From Bryobacterales bacterium (GTDB lineage Bacteria > Acidobacteriota > Terriglobia > Bryobacterales > UBA6623), in the NCBI GenBank assembly GCA_963422375.2, contig OY729427.2, forward strand, positions 1,024,001 through 1,088,000: a stretch of 64,000 bases of DNA, read 5' to 3'. The notes under the pieces are model-generated. The model was not told the DNA's origin and made no database searches. It saw nothing but the letters and a program-made list of their open reading frames with translations. The position numbers and the translations under genes are program-made. This document shows positions 21,017-33,057 of this stretch, one piece after another; positions within the stretch are counted from its first letter, which is position 1; each line of letters begins with the position of its first letter.

Positions 21017-21066
21017 ATAGTGGCGTGCCCGTCGCGACTCTTTCGCGTCCGGGAAGGAGCGCTTCA

Positions 21067-22155
21067 ATGCATCGTGCCGCCTCTTGTCGAATCGTCCTCG
21101 CAGCGTGCTGCCTCGTGCTCGGCGCGACGGCCTATCACGCCACGACCGAGGATCTCATGGTGACGACGGCCAAGGCATGGCTCGCGTCGCTGAACGGAAA
21201 CCAGATCACCTCGGCGAAGTACAAGCTGGACAACCCGGACTACGAGACTTGGCACTTCGTCCCCGACAACAACTTCGTGACGGCGCGCGGGTATGGACGC
21301 AACGGCCTCACCTACAGGGACATGAAAGCCGAGCAGCGCTCCCTCGCCGACGCTCTGCTGGGCGCGTCCGTCTCGCGGGCGGGATTTGTCTCGATCAAGA
21401 CGATCATGAGCTTGGAAGAGATCCTGCGCATCCAGGAGAACGACACGGTCGGTCGGCGCGACGTGAACGTCTACCACTTCAGTGTCTTCGGGGAGCCGTC
21501 GATGGAGGGCACCTGGGCGTGGCGGCTTGAAGGCCATCACGTCTCGCTGCACTTCCTGATGCGCGACGGCGAGCTAGTCTCGACTTCGCCGACCTTCCTC
21601 GGAGCCAACCCGCACGAGGTCCGCGAGGGACCGCGCAAGGGCACCCGCCCGCTCGGCGGCCGCGAGGACGCTGCGCGCACGCTGATGAAGTCACTCGACG
21701 CCGATCTGCAAGAGCGGGCGCTCGTGAGCGACACGGCCTACCGGGACATCCTGACCTCGGCTGACACCCGCGCGAAGCTGGAGAGCCAGCCGCAAGGCCT
21801 CGCGGCCTCGCGGCTGAGCGACCAACAGTACGCCATGCTGCTCGCGACGGCCGAACAGTACGCGATTTCCATGCCGGCCAAGCAGGCAGAGAAGCGCCGG
21901 AAAATGGTGAAGGAGACGCCCCGCGACCAGCTTTTCTTCGCATGGGCAGGCTCGGTGGAGCCGGGCGGAGGAGACTATTACCGCATTCAGTCGCCGGAAT
22001 TCCTAATCGAGTACGACAACACGCAGAACCGAAACAACCACAGCCACACCGTATGGCGGGAGTTTGACGGGGACTTCGGACGCGACGTTCTAGCAAGTCA
22101 CTATGAGATGGATGATCACTGGGTTACGAACTCAATGGAATTGGCCGCCAATTGA
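21067..22155 (+). CDS. DUF3500-domain secreted protein
   Basis: Signal peptide; WHFVP, WAWRLEGHHVSL, PTFLGANP and YYRIQSP.FLIEYDNTQ..NH.HTVWR...GDFG motifs. Confidence 0.85.
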   Translation: MHRAASCRIVLAACCLVLGATAYHATTEDLMVTTAKAWLASLNGNQITSAKYKLDNPDYETWHFVPDNNFVTARGYGRNGLTYRDMKAEQRSLADALLGASVSRAGFVSIKTIMSLEEILRIQENDTVGRRDVNVYHFSVFGEPSMEGTWAWRLEGHHVSLHFLMRDGELVSTSPTFLGANPHEVREGPRKGTRPLGGREDAARTLMKSLDADLQERALVSDTAYRDILTSADTRAKLESQPQGLAASRLSDQQYAMLLATAEQYAISMPAKQAEKRRKMVKETPRDQLFFAWAGSVEPGGGDYYRIQSPEFLIEYDNTQNRNNHSHTVWREFDGDFGRDVLASHYEMDDHWVTNSMELAAN

Positions 22156-22471
22156 GTGTGATTCCAAGAATGATTTCCGCATGTCGTTAACGTACCAAGC
22201 AGTTTCACATCCGGGCTCGGAATCTAATTCGGTAGTACAGTTATCGAAAACGCGTTGTCTGAATCGATCTACGTGGTCCGCCAAGACCGTAGGCTTGCCC
22301 CTGCGACACCGGAATGAGAATCAGCTCTCAACGCATTGCGTGGCCTTACGGACCGGATTTGAGGGATTCAAGTCTCGAGGCCTGCCACGCTTTGGGCCAA
22401 GATCCCGAGTGCGACGGTCCGTGCGATAGTTTCGCTCGGTGCGAGCCTGAGAACCGGCCGAGAAGCCAGCC

Positions 22472-23694
22472 ATGAAGCCACCCGAGCGAATCTACCTGCT
22501 CGGAGAGAATGGGCAGATGGTGCTGATCGAAGTACCGCCATCAAGTCGGAGAAATGGATTCAAGGCTTGATTTCGGAGTATCCCGACCTGCTGGCCAAGG
22601 TAGCAGATCAATCCGATTCACCGCGTCAGTTCTTGCTTGCCAGCGACGAGATGGACGTGCGTGACCACAATGCCGTCACTCGCTGGTGGCCGGACCATCT
22701 CCTTGTCGATCAGCACAGAACATCTACGCTTGTAGAGGTCAAGCGCAGTGCTGACACGAGGGTATGTCGCGAAGCTTTCGACCAGAAATGCTTGATCACT
22801 TCTCTCACGTGACCGATCAATGGAAGTCGGAGTATCTTGAAGCGGGGTTCGAGCAGCACTGCGAGGATCGCGAAGGAGACCCAGCGCATGCACTGCACAA
22901 GATTCTTGGCTCGGACACCGATCCGGATGAGCCTTCGGACAGAGTAGCTAGCAACGTACCAAGAGCAAGGATCCGGATGCTTCTTGTCACAGATTCGATA
23001 CCGCCTGAGTTGTGACTCATCGTTGAATTCCTGATTGACGCCATGGACCGTGCCGCAGTTCTTGCGGATTAATTTGAGCAGTTCGTTGGCAGAAAAAGTG
23101 CTACCAGAGTGCTTGTGTCTAGGATTGTTTGTCCAGCGAAGCAGGTGAGACAGCAGAGGCTAAGAGCATCACGGTCCGATGGTTATGATAGAGAAATGTC
23201 AGAATGGTATTATTGTTCTCACGTGTTCGAAAGGCGACGACTTAAAGTATCACGATACGGAATTGAGAAGTCTCGTCACATCGGCTAGGAGGACCGATCT
23301 TGAAGTGGAGTTCAAGGATAACTGGAAGAATATGTGCGAAACTCTTTCTCGGGTTCTCCAATTCCTACGAATTCCTCGCTTTCTTTGGATACGAGTATTC
23401 TCAGAGTAGGCGTGTTTCGACATGGCTCCAATGAATGCGCACGCACTGGTCGACTCAGAAGACGCCAGAAATGAACTTCGAGACAAGATTCCAAAGATTG
23501 CAACCTTCAAGAATGACTTGAGCGTGGAAGTGTATCCAATGATTGATCCGGCCGAGATTCTCAAGAGGGAACAGCTCCGCGGGTTCGTTGAGATACCGTC
23601 TTGGGTTGTCGAACAGTGTCGGCAGGACTCTCAAGGATCCGAAGTTGGAGTCTGGGAGCTGACATCGAGGGAGCATCCGTATGTATTCCGATAG
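22472..23694 (+). pseudogene. Degraded PD-(D/E)XK / NucS-like nuclease-domain gene
   Basis: Fragments LISEYPDLL, RWWPDHLLVDQ...TLVEVKRSADTRV.RE...MLD, RIRMLLVTDSIPPEL*LIVEFL, with frameshifts and in-frame stops in an AT-richer segment. Confidence 0.65.
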
Positions 23695-24153
23695 ACTCAT
23701 CTTGGACCGGATGCGACTGACGGGTTAGTTTGACTTGGAGTTGATAGACTCTGCAAGTCATCTTTGACGGACGATGATCGGCTCGCTCTGTGCCGGGCAC
23801 CCTACCCGATCCGCGTTGCAAGTCTCGGGCTCTAGACATTCTTGGTCCGGTCTCCGCCAGTGCCAATCCGCTGCGGTGGATCGCTCAACCCTAAGCTGGG
23901 TTGCTCGGGATGACCGGTCGTCACCAACGCGCGGGTCATTTCTGTCGGGACGGCCCGCACTTTCGGTGCGGCGTGCCTCGTTGGCTTTCCAATCGCCCCG
24001 CGCACCGCCTTGACGTGCTAGGTGCGCTCGATACCGGACAATTTGCAACGAGCGCGCAGGTCCGTCACAGACTCTCAGTCGCTCCGTCGGGGACGGCGGG
24101 GGAGATGCCAGCTCCTTCCAGCAGGCACCGAGTGAAGAGTGCGGTTCAAGCGT

Positions 24154-24177
24154 CTTCCGCAACCACTTCCGCAACCA
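24154..24177 (+). repeat. Perfect 12-bp tandem repeat (CTTCCGCAACCA)x2 upstream of metY
   Basis: Read directly from the sequence. Confidence 0.7.
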
Positions 24178-24240
24178 GTGGTCGGGTGCGCCCCACACAC
24201 GGCAGGCCGAGGATTGCCCGCACGTCGCGAATCTCGCTAA

Positions 24241-25548
<1,308 letters not shown>

Positions 25549-25792
25549 TTCTCGTCGCGCCGACCCCGCTAATCGAACGGTTCTTTTCGCCGCAACAAGG
25601 TCGCGGAAGTCTACCGCCGGATGCTATCCGGGATTCCGAAGTCGAAATTCCATTATTGGAAGCCCGGGCGCGGGGAGTGCGTCAAAAGCCGTTGCCGCCC
25701 AAGGATTTATGCCCTCGATTTCCGCTTGGAATCCGGGTGCCGACTGCAATATATTGAATGTGGGAGTGCGACCGGCTCCGCCGGTCGCCTGC

Positions 25793-28657
25793 ATGGTTCA
25801 GTCTCGCGAAAAAGCGAAGCGGCTAGCGGCCGGGATCCTGGTGACAGGACTGGTCGCGCTCTCGCTCGCCAACTGGGCGGAGCGCGGTCGCTTCGGGGTG
25901 CCGGAGGACGGAGTCATGTGGACCGACTCGGAGGCCGGCGTCGCCGCTGTCCGAGTCGACCCAAACAGCCCGGGCGCGCTGGTGGGGGTGCGTCCGGGCG
26001 ACCTCCTGCTCTCCCTAGGAGGCCAGCCAGTCAGCGAGGCCTCGGACGTGCCGCGTATCCTCGCTGGGATCGGGCCCTGGAGCAGGACAGAGTACCGCGT
26101 GGAGCGGGACGGCCGATCCCGTGCCCTCGCCTTGGTCGTGGCGGAGACTCCAGGGCGCAGCGCGGTAGGAGCCTTCCTGCTCGTGCTGGGCTGGGCCTAC
26201 GCGGGGATCGGCGCCTTGGTCTGGCTACGCCGCCCCGCGAGCCCCACAACGAGTCGCTTCTTCGCCTTCTGCGTGGCATCGCTGGCTGTCTACTCGCTCA
26301 GCTTCACCGGGCAGCTGGACGCCCTCGATCGCCTCGTCTACTGGCTGGACGTCTGGGCGCTGCTGCTCATGCCGCCGCTCTTCCTGGACTTCTGCCTGAG
26401 CTACCCGGCCGGCGACGCGCGTCAGCGCGGACTGGCTCGCCTCGGATACGGCCTCGCGGTCGCCGTCGGCGCGGCTCACCACGCCGCGGCAGGCGGATGG
26501 GTGAGCGGCGGAATCGGTGAACCCGCCTTTCTGCGGTTCTTCGACACCGCGCCGCTCGCGCTGCTCGCGGCGAACTTCGGAGCGGCGGCTGTCGTCGGCC
26601 GGAGGCGCGTAGGGCAGCTAGGCAGCCCCATCCAGCGGCTGCAGTGGAAGTGGCTCTTCTCAGGCACCGTCGCGGCTTTCGTGCCGTTTACAGCTCTTTA
26701 CGTCATTCCGTTCGCAGCGGGGGCGGCGCCCGGCCCTAACCAGGCGTTCTCGGTGCTTTCCCTCGCGGCCCTGCCGGTCTCGATCGCGACGGCGCTATTC
26801 CGCTACAAGCTGCTGGACCTCGAGATCGTCTGGAAGCGCGCCGCCGCGGCGGCGGTGACAGCGGCGGTCCTGCTCGCCGCCGCCTACCCTGCCCTGTTCG
26901 GCGGGGCCGTTCCGGCCCAGTGGATGGAACGGTACGGGCCCCTCGTCTGGCTGGCCTCGCTGACGCTGGCCGCCGCCTCGTGTCGCCCGCTCTACCGGCG
27001 GGTCACGGCCGCCCTCGACCGGCGGACGTACCGAGACCGCTACGAGGACCGGCGAACGCTGGCGGCCTTCGCCGCGGAGCTCGCGACTGACACCGACCTA
27101 GACCGCATGGTAGTGGCGGTCGCCGCACGCCTTGCGCGCACGCTTGACCTGAGTAGGGTCGCAGTGCTCGTCCCGGAAGACTGCGGGGACCCCGGCACAT
27201 GCAAGGCCCGGGTGCTGGCCGGACATGGCATCCCCGACGAGTTGGCAGGCGCCGGCGTCGACATGAGCGCCCTCGTCGGGCAGGCCTCCAAGATCCGAGG
27301 TCCCGAAGAGTTCCCCGGCGGGGACCCGAGGCTCCTGCCGGAGCCGGCCGAGCGGCTCGGCTGTGGGCATTTCGTGGAGTGCCGGCTTCGCGAGCGGAGG
27401 CTGGCATGGATCGGCCTAGGTCCCACCAAGGCAGGCGGCTTCCTCACGAGCGACGACCTTTCCTTGGTGGAAGCGCTGGCGGCCCCGTTCGCCATCGCGC
27501 TGGAAAACGCACGCCTGTACGCCTCCCTGCGCGCCAAGGCCGCGCAATACGAGCGCCTGAAGGACTACAACGAGAACATCGTCGAGTCGCTGTCGGTCGG
27601 CATTCTCGTGCTTGACGAGAAGGATCTCGTCCAGAGCTGGAACACGTACCTTGAACTCGCGCTTCACGTGTCGCGCGACAGCGCGCGCGGACGGAAGCTG
27701 AGCGAACTCCTGCCGGCCTCCTTCGTGGCCGAGATCGAGCGCTGCGCTGGCGAGACCGGTTCAGGCAGCGTCCACAAGTACCGCCTGCGCGGGGCGGACT
27801 TCCCGGAGCGGTTCCGGCCGGGCGATCCGGGCGACACAACGGAGCGCGTGTTCAACGTCGCCGTGGCCCCGCTCGTCGACAGGCAGTTCCGGGAGGTCGG
27901 GAAGCTGCTCATCCTCGACGACGTGACCGAGCGCATCGAACTCGAGGAGCGCGTCGTGCAAGCAGACAAGCTCAGCTCCGTCGGGCTCCTAGCCGCCGGC
28001 GTGGCTCACGAAGTCAACACCCCGCTGGCCGTGATCTCCAGCTACTCGCAGCTGCTGGCATCCCGGTTCTCCCAAGGCAGCACCGAGGCCCGGATGCTAG
28101 GTAAGGTCACCGAGCAGACGTTCCGGGCCAGCGAGATCGTGAACTCTCTGCTCGACTTTTCCCGCACGTCCAGCGCGGAAACGGCACCCTGCGAGATCAA
28201 CCGCACGATCACCGACACCTTGGACCTGATCGCCCCGCAGCTGCGCCAAGCCGACGTGCGGGTCGCGAGCGACCTGTGCGCCCCTACCACCATCCAAGCC
28301 AACAAGGGGAAGTTGCAGCAGGTCTTCCTGAATCTGTTTCTGAACGCACGGGACGCGATGCCGAGCGGGGGTGGGCTGCGGGTCACGAGCCGGACCGTGA
28401 CGGCACCGTCCGGCGAGGACTACGTTGAAGTGCTCGTGGCGGACACCGGCACGGGCATTCCCCCCGAGGCCCAGCGGCAGGTCTTCGATCCTTTCTTCAC
28501 GACCAAGGACTCCCGGCGAGGCACCGGTCTCGGGCTAGCGGTGACCTACGGCATCGTCCGCGAGCATTCCGGTGCTATCTCGCTGGAGAGTGAGCCGGGA
28601 AAGGGAACAACGTTCGCGCTGCAGTTCCCCCTTGCCAACCAGCCGGCGCATGCCTGA
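25793..28657 (+). CDS. Membrane sensor histidine kinase (PDZ, multi-TM, GAF, PAS, HisKA, HATPase)
   Basis: SPGALVGVRPGD (PDZ), AIALENARLY, AGVAHEVNTPL, QQVFLNL..NARDAM, DTGTGI, PFFTTK and GTGLGL motifs. Confidence 0.9.
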   Translation: MVQSREKAKRLAAGILVTGLVALSLANWAERGRFGVPEDGVMWTDSEAGVAAVRVDPNSPGALVGVRPGDLLLSLGGQPVSEASDVPRILAGIGPWSRTEYRVERDGRSRALALVVAETPGRSAVGAFLLVLGWAYAGIGALVWLRRPASPTTSRFFAFCVASLAVYSLSFTGQLDALDRLVYWLDVWALLLMPPLFLDFCLSYPAGDARQRGLARLGYGLAVAVGAAHHAAAGGWVSGGIGEPAFLRFFDTAPLALLAANFGAAAVVGRRRVGQLGSPIQRLQWKWLFSGTVAAFVPFTALYVIPFAAGAAPGPNQAFSVLSLAALPVSIATALFRYKLLDLEIVWKRAAAAAVTAAVLLAAAYPALFGGAVPAQWMERYGPLVWLASLTLAAASCRPLYRRVTAALDRRTYRDRYEDRRTLAAFAAELATDTDLDRMVVAVAARLARTLDLSRVAVLVPEDCGDPGTCKARVLAGHGIPDELAGAGVDMSALVGQASKIRGPEEFPGGDPRLLPEPAERLGCGHFVECRLRERRLAWIGLGPTKAGGFLTSDDLSLVEALAAPFAIALENARLYASLRAKAAQYERLKDYNENIVESLSVGILVLDEKDLVQSWNTYLELALHVSRDSARGRKLSELLPASFVAEIERCAGETGSGSVHKYRLRGADFPERFRPGDPGDTTERVFNVAVAPLVDRQFREVGKLLILDDVTERIELEERVVQADKLSSVGLLAAGVAHEVNTPLAVISSYSQLLASRFSQGSTEARMLGKVTEQTFRASEIVNSLLDFSRTSSAETAPCEINRTITDTLDLIAPQLRQADVRVASDLCAPTTIQANKGKLQQVFLNLFLNARDAMPSGGGLRVTSRTVTAPSGEDYVEVLVADTGTGIPPEAQRQVFDPFFTTKDSRRGTGLGLAVTYGIVREHSGAISLESEPGKGTTFALQFPLANQPAHA

Positions 28658-30092
28658 GGAAGGCGTCGCGCCCCAACTGGCGCACGGCGCCCGCATCCTT
28701 GTTGTAGACGACGAACCCTCCATCGCCGAGGCACTGCAGCTGGTGCTCGAGGGCGACGGTCACCAAGTGGGCACGGCGACGTCGGCTAGCGAGTGCCTCG
28801 AGGCGATCACCCGCAGGCCTTTTGACCTAGTGCTGCTCGACTTGATGCTTCCGGACCGGAACGGCCTCGAGGTGCTGAAGGACATTGGGAGGGTCGACCG
28901 TACGATTCCGGTGGTGATGCTCACCGCGTACGGCTCGATCAACTCGGCCGTCGAGGCAACGAAGCTCGGCGCCGCGAACTTCCTGACCAAGCCTTGGAAC
29001 AATAGCAAGCTTCTGCTCGAAGTGCGGCAGACGCTCGAGCACCGGAGGCTGGCGACCGAGAACGCGCTGCTGCGAGACCAACTCCGCACGCAGGGCCCAT
29101 TGGCGAGCCTGATCGGCAAGTCGGAGGCCATGCTGCAGGTCTTCGTGATGATCCGCCAGGTCGCCCGCACGAACTCTACGGTGCTCATCTCGGGGGAGAG
29201 CGGGACCGGCAAGGAGCTCGTGGCCAAGGCCATTCACAAGGCCTCCTCGCGCGCGGGCAAGCCTTTCGTCACCGTAAACTCCGCCAGAATCCCCGGAGAA
29301 ATGCTCGACTCAAGCCTCTTCGGCCATGTCGAGGGGGCATTCAGCGGAGCGATCCGAGACCGCAGGGGCTGCTTCGAAGTCGCGGACGAAGGCACGATCT
29401 TCCTCGACGAGCTGGGGAACCTCACACCCGAGACCCAGGCCAAGCTACTCGGCGTGATCCAGCACCGCGAATTCGTACCCCTAGGAACGAGCGATCCCGT
29501 GCAGGTCGACGTACGGATCCTAGCGGCGACTAACATCGACCTTGGCCATGCGGTCGGGGAGGGGCGATTCCGACAAGACCTGTACTACCGGTTGAACGTA
29601 ATCGGAATCCGCATGCCCCCGCTTCGCGAGCGGATGGAGGACGTCCCGCTGCTCGTCGAGGAGTTCCTGACGCAGATTTGCCGGCGGGAGAGCAACCACT
29701 TCCTCGACCGCAACCGAAAGTCCACGCTGCGCTTCACTCCGGAGGCCCATCGGATCCTCATGGCCCACAGCTGGCCGGGCAACGTGCGAGAGTTGTGCAA
29801 CGCAGTCGAGCATGCTGTCGTCCTCGCCTCACGGGAGGAACTCGGTCCCGAGGTGCTGCCGCCGACGGTCACGGCGGCCCGCTCGTCGCCCGCTCCGAGC
29901 CCGCCCGCCCGACCGGGCGCGAGCCTGTCGGAGATCGTCGAGGAATTCGAGCGAGGCGTGCTCCTTGCCGAGCTGGAGAAGCACGGCTACAACCAAACCG
30001 AGACGGCCAAGGCACTTCGCGTGGCGCTATCCACGCTGAATCAGAAGATCCAGCGACTGAACATCGAGGTTAAGCGTCGCCGGTCGGTTTAG
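28650..30092 (+). CDS. Sigma-54-dependent (NtrC-family) response regulator
   Basis: Receiver domain (VVDDE, LLDLMLP), GESGTGKE, GAFSGA, IFLDE, WPGNVREL and a C-terminal HTH; overlaps the kinase stop. Confidence 0.92.
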   Translation: MPEEGVAPQLAHGARILVVDDEPSIAEALQLVLEGDGHQVGTATSASECLEAITRRPFDLVLLDLMLPDRNGLEVLKDIGRVDRTIPVVMLTAYGSINSAVEATKLGAANFLTKPWNNSKLLLEVRQTLEHRRLATENALLRDQLRTQGPLASLIGKSEAMLQVFVMIRQVARTNSTVLISGESGTGKELVAKAIHKASSRAGKPFVTVNSARIPGEMLDSSLFGHVEGAFSGAIRDRRGCFEVADEGTIFLDELGNLTPETQAKLLGVIQHREFVPLGTSDPVQVDVRILAATNIDLGHAVGEGRFRQDLYYRLNVIGIRMPPLRERMEDVPLLVEEFLTQICRRESNHFLDRNRKSTLRFTPEAHRILMAHSWPGNVRELCNAVEHAVVLASREELGPEVLPPTVTAARSSPAPSPPARPGASLSEIVEEFERGVLLAELEKHGYNQTETAKALRVALSTLNQKIQRLNIEVKRRRSV

Positions 30093-30204
30093 AGCCGGCT
30101 TCTTGCATCGACAGGCAAGGCCCACCGTCACGCGGGGCCGCCCGCAAGCTACTCGCCCGACTTCGGCGCGGGTGCCGCAATTCCTGAAGGAAACCTAGCA
30201 TCAC

Positions 30205-31749
30205 CTACCGGTCACGCCACTCCAACAATGCATCCTCCAAGCCATTCGCGAACCTATGAATGGCACTTCCAAGGATATCCATCTCCCATCGTGCCACGAT
30301 TCGGCAGATGTCTCCCGAGCTACGACCTAATGCGGTTCCTAGATTGTGGAGCTTGATCTTCGCTTTTCGCGAAGTCGAGTCCGACGCGGAAGCGTACACT
30401 TGATCCAAGGAATCCATCCTTCTGCGGAGGTCAATCGAATCGATTCCTAGTCCACTGGCTCTTTGACGATGATCCTTGAGCCGTGTCCAAACCCAAGTCT
30501 CCGGGGCGTCTCCCGGAAGAAACAAGACATGCACAGTGCTTCCTGCATTGTCCTTGATCCTTTCGGAAAGATGGCTGTCCCGTTTGTCTCCATCCAATAC
30601 GAAGACAAAACTAGATGCCAGGCCGACTCTTCGAAAGGCCGAGGCGTGGCTTGGGAATTCCTCAGCGCCGGTGTCGCGTGCGACATGGACCGATTCCATG
30701 CTGATGCGGTGTCTATGCAGCAATACATCCAGGACGCCCCGCACAACAGACTCGGCCGTGTCGTCCTCGCACAGGAGCTTCAGGGTTTCGCGGGAGCGTC
30801 CATAGAGCGCTTGCTGAATGACATCTCGATAAGGCTCTTTGACAACTACGTTACCCGAACGGTCACGTTGAAGGAAGATCCGTCCGTGTTTCGGAACGCA
30901 GTTTAACACAACTGGACTGTGTGATGTGACAACAATTTGCAAGTCATTCCTCAATGCAAGGTGATGCAATTCGAGCATCAGCAGTTCTTGAGCCCACGGA
31001 TGGAGCCCCGCTTCAACCTCGTCGATCAACACAAGGGCACCTCTGATCTGAGCGATTTCTTGTGATAGCCGCAACATGGTTCGCTCTCCAGCAGACATAT
31101 GGAGCTCAGAATAGGACGCACCAAGTTCTTGAGTGGCAAAGAGGAGGTGCTTGCTTCTACTCGACAGATCCACGACTTCTGAGTACCGGAATGGCAATAC
31201 TCGCTCTGCAAAGTCAATTTGCCTCGCTGTCATTGGTTGGGTCATCAACGCAGACTTTAGACGCGACATACTGAGGACTCCTCGGACCTCAGCTGGATTA
31301 CTGAGATTGCTAAGGGTACGCAAGTAGACAGGTCTTGATGGCTGACTGGCATTCTTGCGTCCAAGAAAACTACGATTCCATCCCTTCGATCTGCGCCATA
31401 CCATTCCGAACCGCCCCTCAGGAGTTTCATAACTATACTCTATCTTCACCGGGGATCTTTTGTCAATACGATTCCCAGACGTGGGCCGAAAGTCCGGAAA
31501 TATAGTTGAAGGTACGAAATCCCTAACTCCAGCTCCTGGGACCTTATAGGCACATGCCGCAGCAAAGAGGACGGTTGATTTTCCACTCGCATTCTCACCT
31601 GCGATGACGCTGACAGGATACTCCAGCTTCACTCTCAGATGGTTGATTCCGCGAATTCCCGCAAGTTCGATGTCGGTAAGAAAGTGCGGAAAATGCGGCT
31701 TCTTGCCTTGCAAGTTGGCCCATAGACCCTTGAAGCGATCTCCTGTCAT
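30205..31749 (-). CDS. ABC-type ATPase with a C-terminal TOPRIM-like domain (OLD-family-like ATP-dependent nuclease)
   Basis: Walker A GENASGKS, signature MSAGE, Walker B VLIDEVE..LHP, H-loop TSHS; then LLCEDDTAE...VLDGD. AT-richer than the flanks. Confidence 0.75.
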   Translation of the reverse strand: MTGDRFKGLWANLQGKKPHFPHFLTDIELAGIRGINHLRVKLEYPVSVIAGENASGKSTVLFAAACAYKVPGAGVRDFVPSTIFPDFRPTSGNRIDKRSPVKIEYSYETPEGRFGMVWRRSKGWNRSFLGRKNASQPSRPVYLRTLSNLSNPAEVRGVLSMSRLKSALMTQPMTARQIDFAERVLPFRYSEVVDLSSRSKHLLFATQELGASYSELHMSAGERTMLRLSQEIAQIRGALVLIDEVEAGLHPWAQELLMLELHHLALRNDLQIVVTSHSPVVLNCVPKHGRIFLQRDRSGNVVVKEPYRDVIQQALYGRSRETLKLLCEDDTAESVVRGVLDVLLHRHRISMESVHVARDTGAEEFPSHASAFRRVGLASSFVFVLDGDKRDSHLSERIKDNAGSTVHVLFLPGDAPETWVWTRLKDHRQRASGLGIDSIDLRRRMDSLDQVYASASDSTSRKAKIKLHNLGTALGRSSGDICRIVARWEMDILGSAIHRFANGLEDALLEWRDR

Positions 31750-32526
31750 GTCGCCTCCCTTCGATCGTAACTCACGCGATCCCACGGCTGATCGGACGAT
31801 CCACGGTTGTCGACCCGCTTGGGAGCTCCTGGGTCTAGAGGTGTCTGTCGCACACCGGAAGGTTCGCCTTAGCTATCGTCGTCCGTTCGCGGGATGCGAG
31901 CTGACCAGCGAGACTCAGCCTCCTTGTCACTATAGCACTTATAGGCGATTCCGAACTCTTTCTCCCTGACGCCTCGTGCTAGATGCGGGGCTCTCGGTCG
32001 AATGGACATTGCGACCCGCGCAATTCAGGTCGCTGCCGAGGGGGGACGTTCGCGGCGGCTTCGCGGGCCGTTCAACGGGTTGACCCGCGGCGCGTCGGCG
32101 CGTCGACCTCGGTGCAGGCCGAGGCACGCCAATCCGCACGGACCGTCCAGATCCGCGTCGGGCTCAGAGATCGGGTGACCGTTCCGCCCCGGGGCACTCA
32201 ATCGACACGACCCGACGGGCCTCTTCGCGGGGATCTGCCGGACCTGCCTGAACGGAGCCGCGGGTCGCGTGTCTCCCGGACAGGAACGGCACCTCCGCCA
32301 CCGCGACCCCATCCGAGTCAGTAGTGTCCACTCTCGTGTGCAAGCCCGCCTCAAGCCCCGACAGACTTCGGGCGGCGCCGGTTCAGCCGTAGCTAGGACC
32401 AGAAAGTTGCGCGAGCTCGCCTCGTAGGGTATAGTGGCTTGCACTGGGTGCTGAACGGCAGATGTGAGCAGGACTGCGTGGCTAGGCCACCTCTCGGCCC
32501 ACGTTGCTGCTGCGCACTGGATTCCC

Positions 32527-33057
32527 GTGGCCGACTACAACCTGTCGCTGGACGAGTATCGCGACCGGGTCTACGACTTGGCCCGGAAACGAAAGGGCGG
32601 TCTCATCTTCAACGGCTCCCTTGACCATTCGGCGATTGTGGTGGAGCACATGTTCGCCTGCGCTCGACGCGAGGTGGCGCTCTTGACGGGATCTCTCAAT
32701 CCAGTCGTCTATGGGCGGGAGGAAGTAATCCGCGAGGCGCGAGACTTCCTAGCGAGTGTCGAAGGAGCAAGGATTCGAATTCTCCTCGAGGAAGGAGATT
32801 CGTACATTTGGAGATTTCACCCTCTTCTACGGGAGCTGCACCCATCTAGAGGGTTGTCCGTTCGGATTGAAGGTCCGGCAATTCGGGATCACTTCATGGC
32901 TCACTTCATGGTCGTTGATGACGACTGCTACCGACTTGAAGAGGACAAGAGGAAGGTAGACGCCTACGCCGTGTTTGGTAAGAATCAAGGCAGTACTAAT
33001 CTGAAGAACGCTTTCAACCAGCTTTGGAATCACTCGGAAGTATTGCGTAGTCCTTGA
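32527..33057 (+). CDS. Hypothetical protein, possible PLD-like fold
   Basis: HSAIVVEHMFACARREVALLTGSL...IRILLE...HFMVVDDDCYRLE...AFNQLW resembles a single PLD-type domain without a canonical HKD motif. Confidence 0.55.
   Translation: MADYNLSLDEYRDRVYDLARKRKGGLIFNGSLDHSAIVVEHMFACARREVALLTGSLNPVVYGREEVIREARDFLASVEGARIRILLEEGDSYIWRFHPLLRELHPSRGLSVRIEGPAIRDHFMAHFMVVDDDCYRLEEDKRKVDAYAVFGKNQGSTNLKNAFNQLWNHSEVLRSP

Noticed and set aside
31750..32526. Possible retron-like or other structured ncRNA beside the OLD-like ATPase
   Set aside because: There is no reverse transcriptase in the window and no convincing long inverted repeats.
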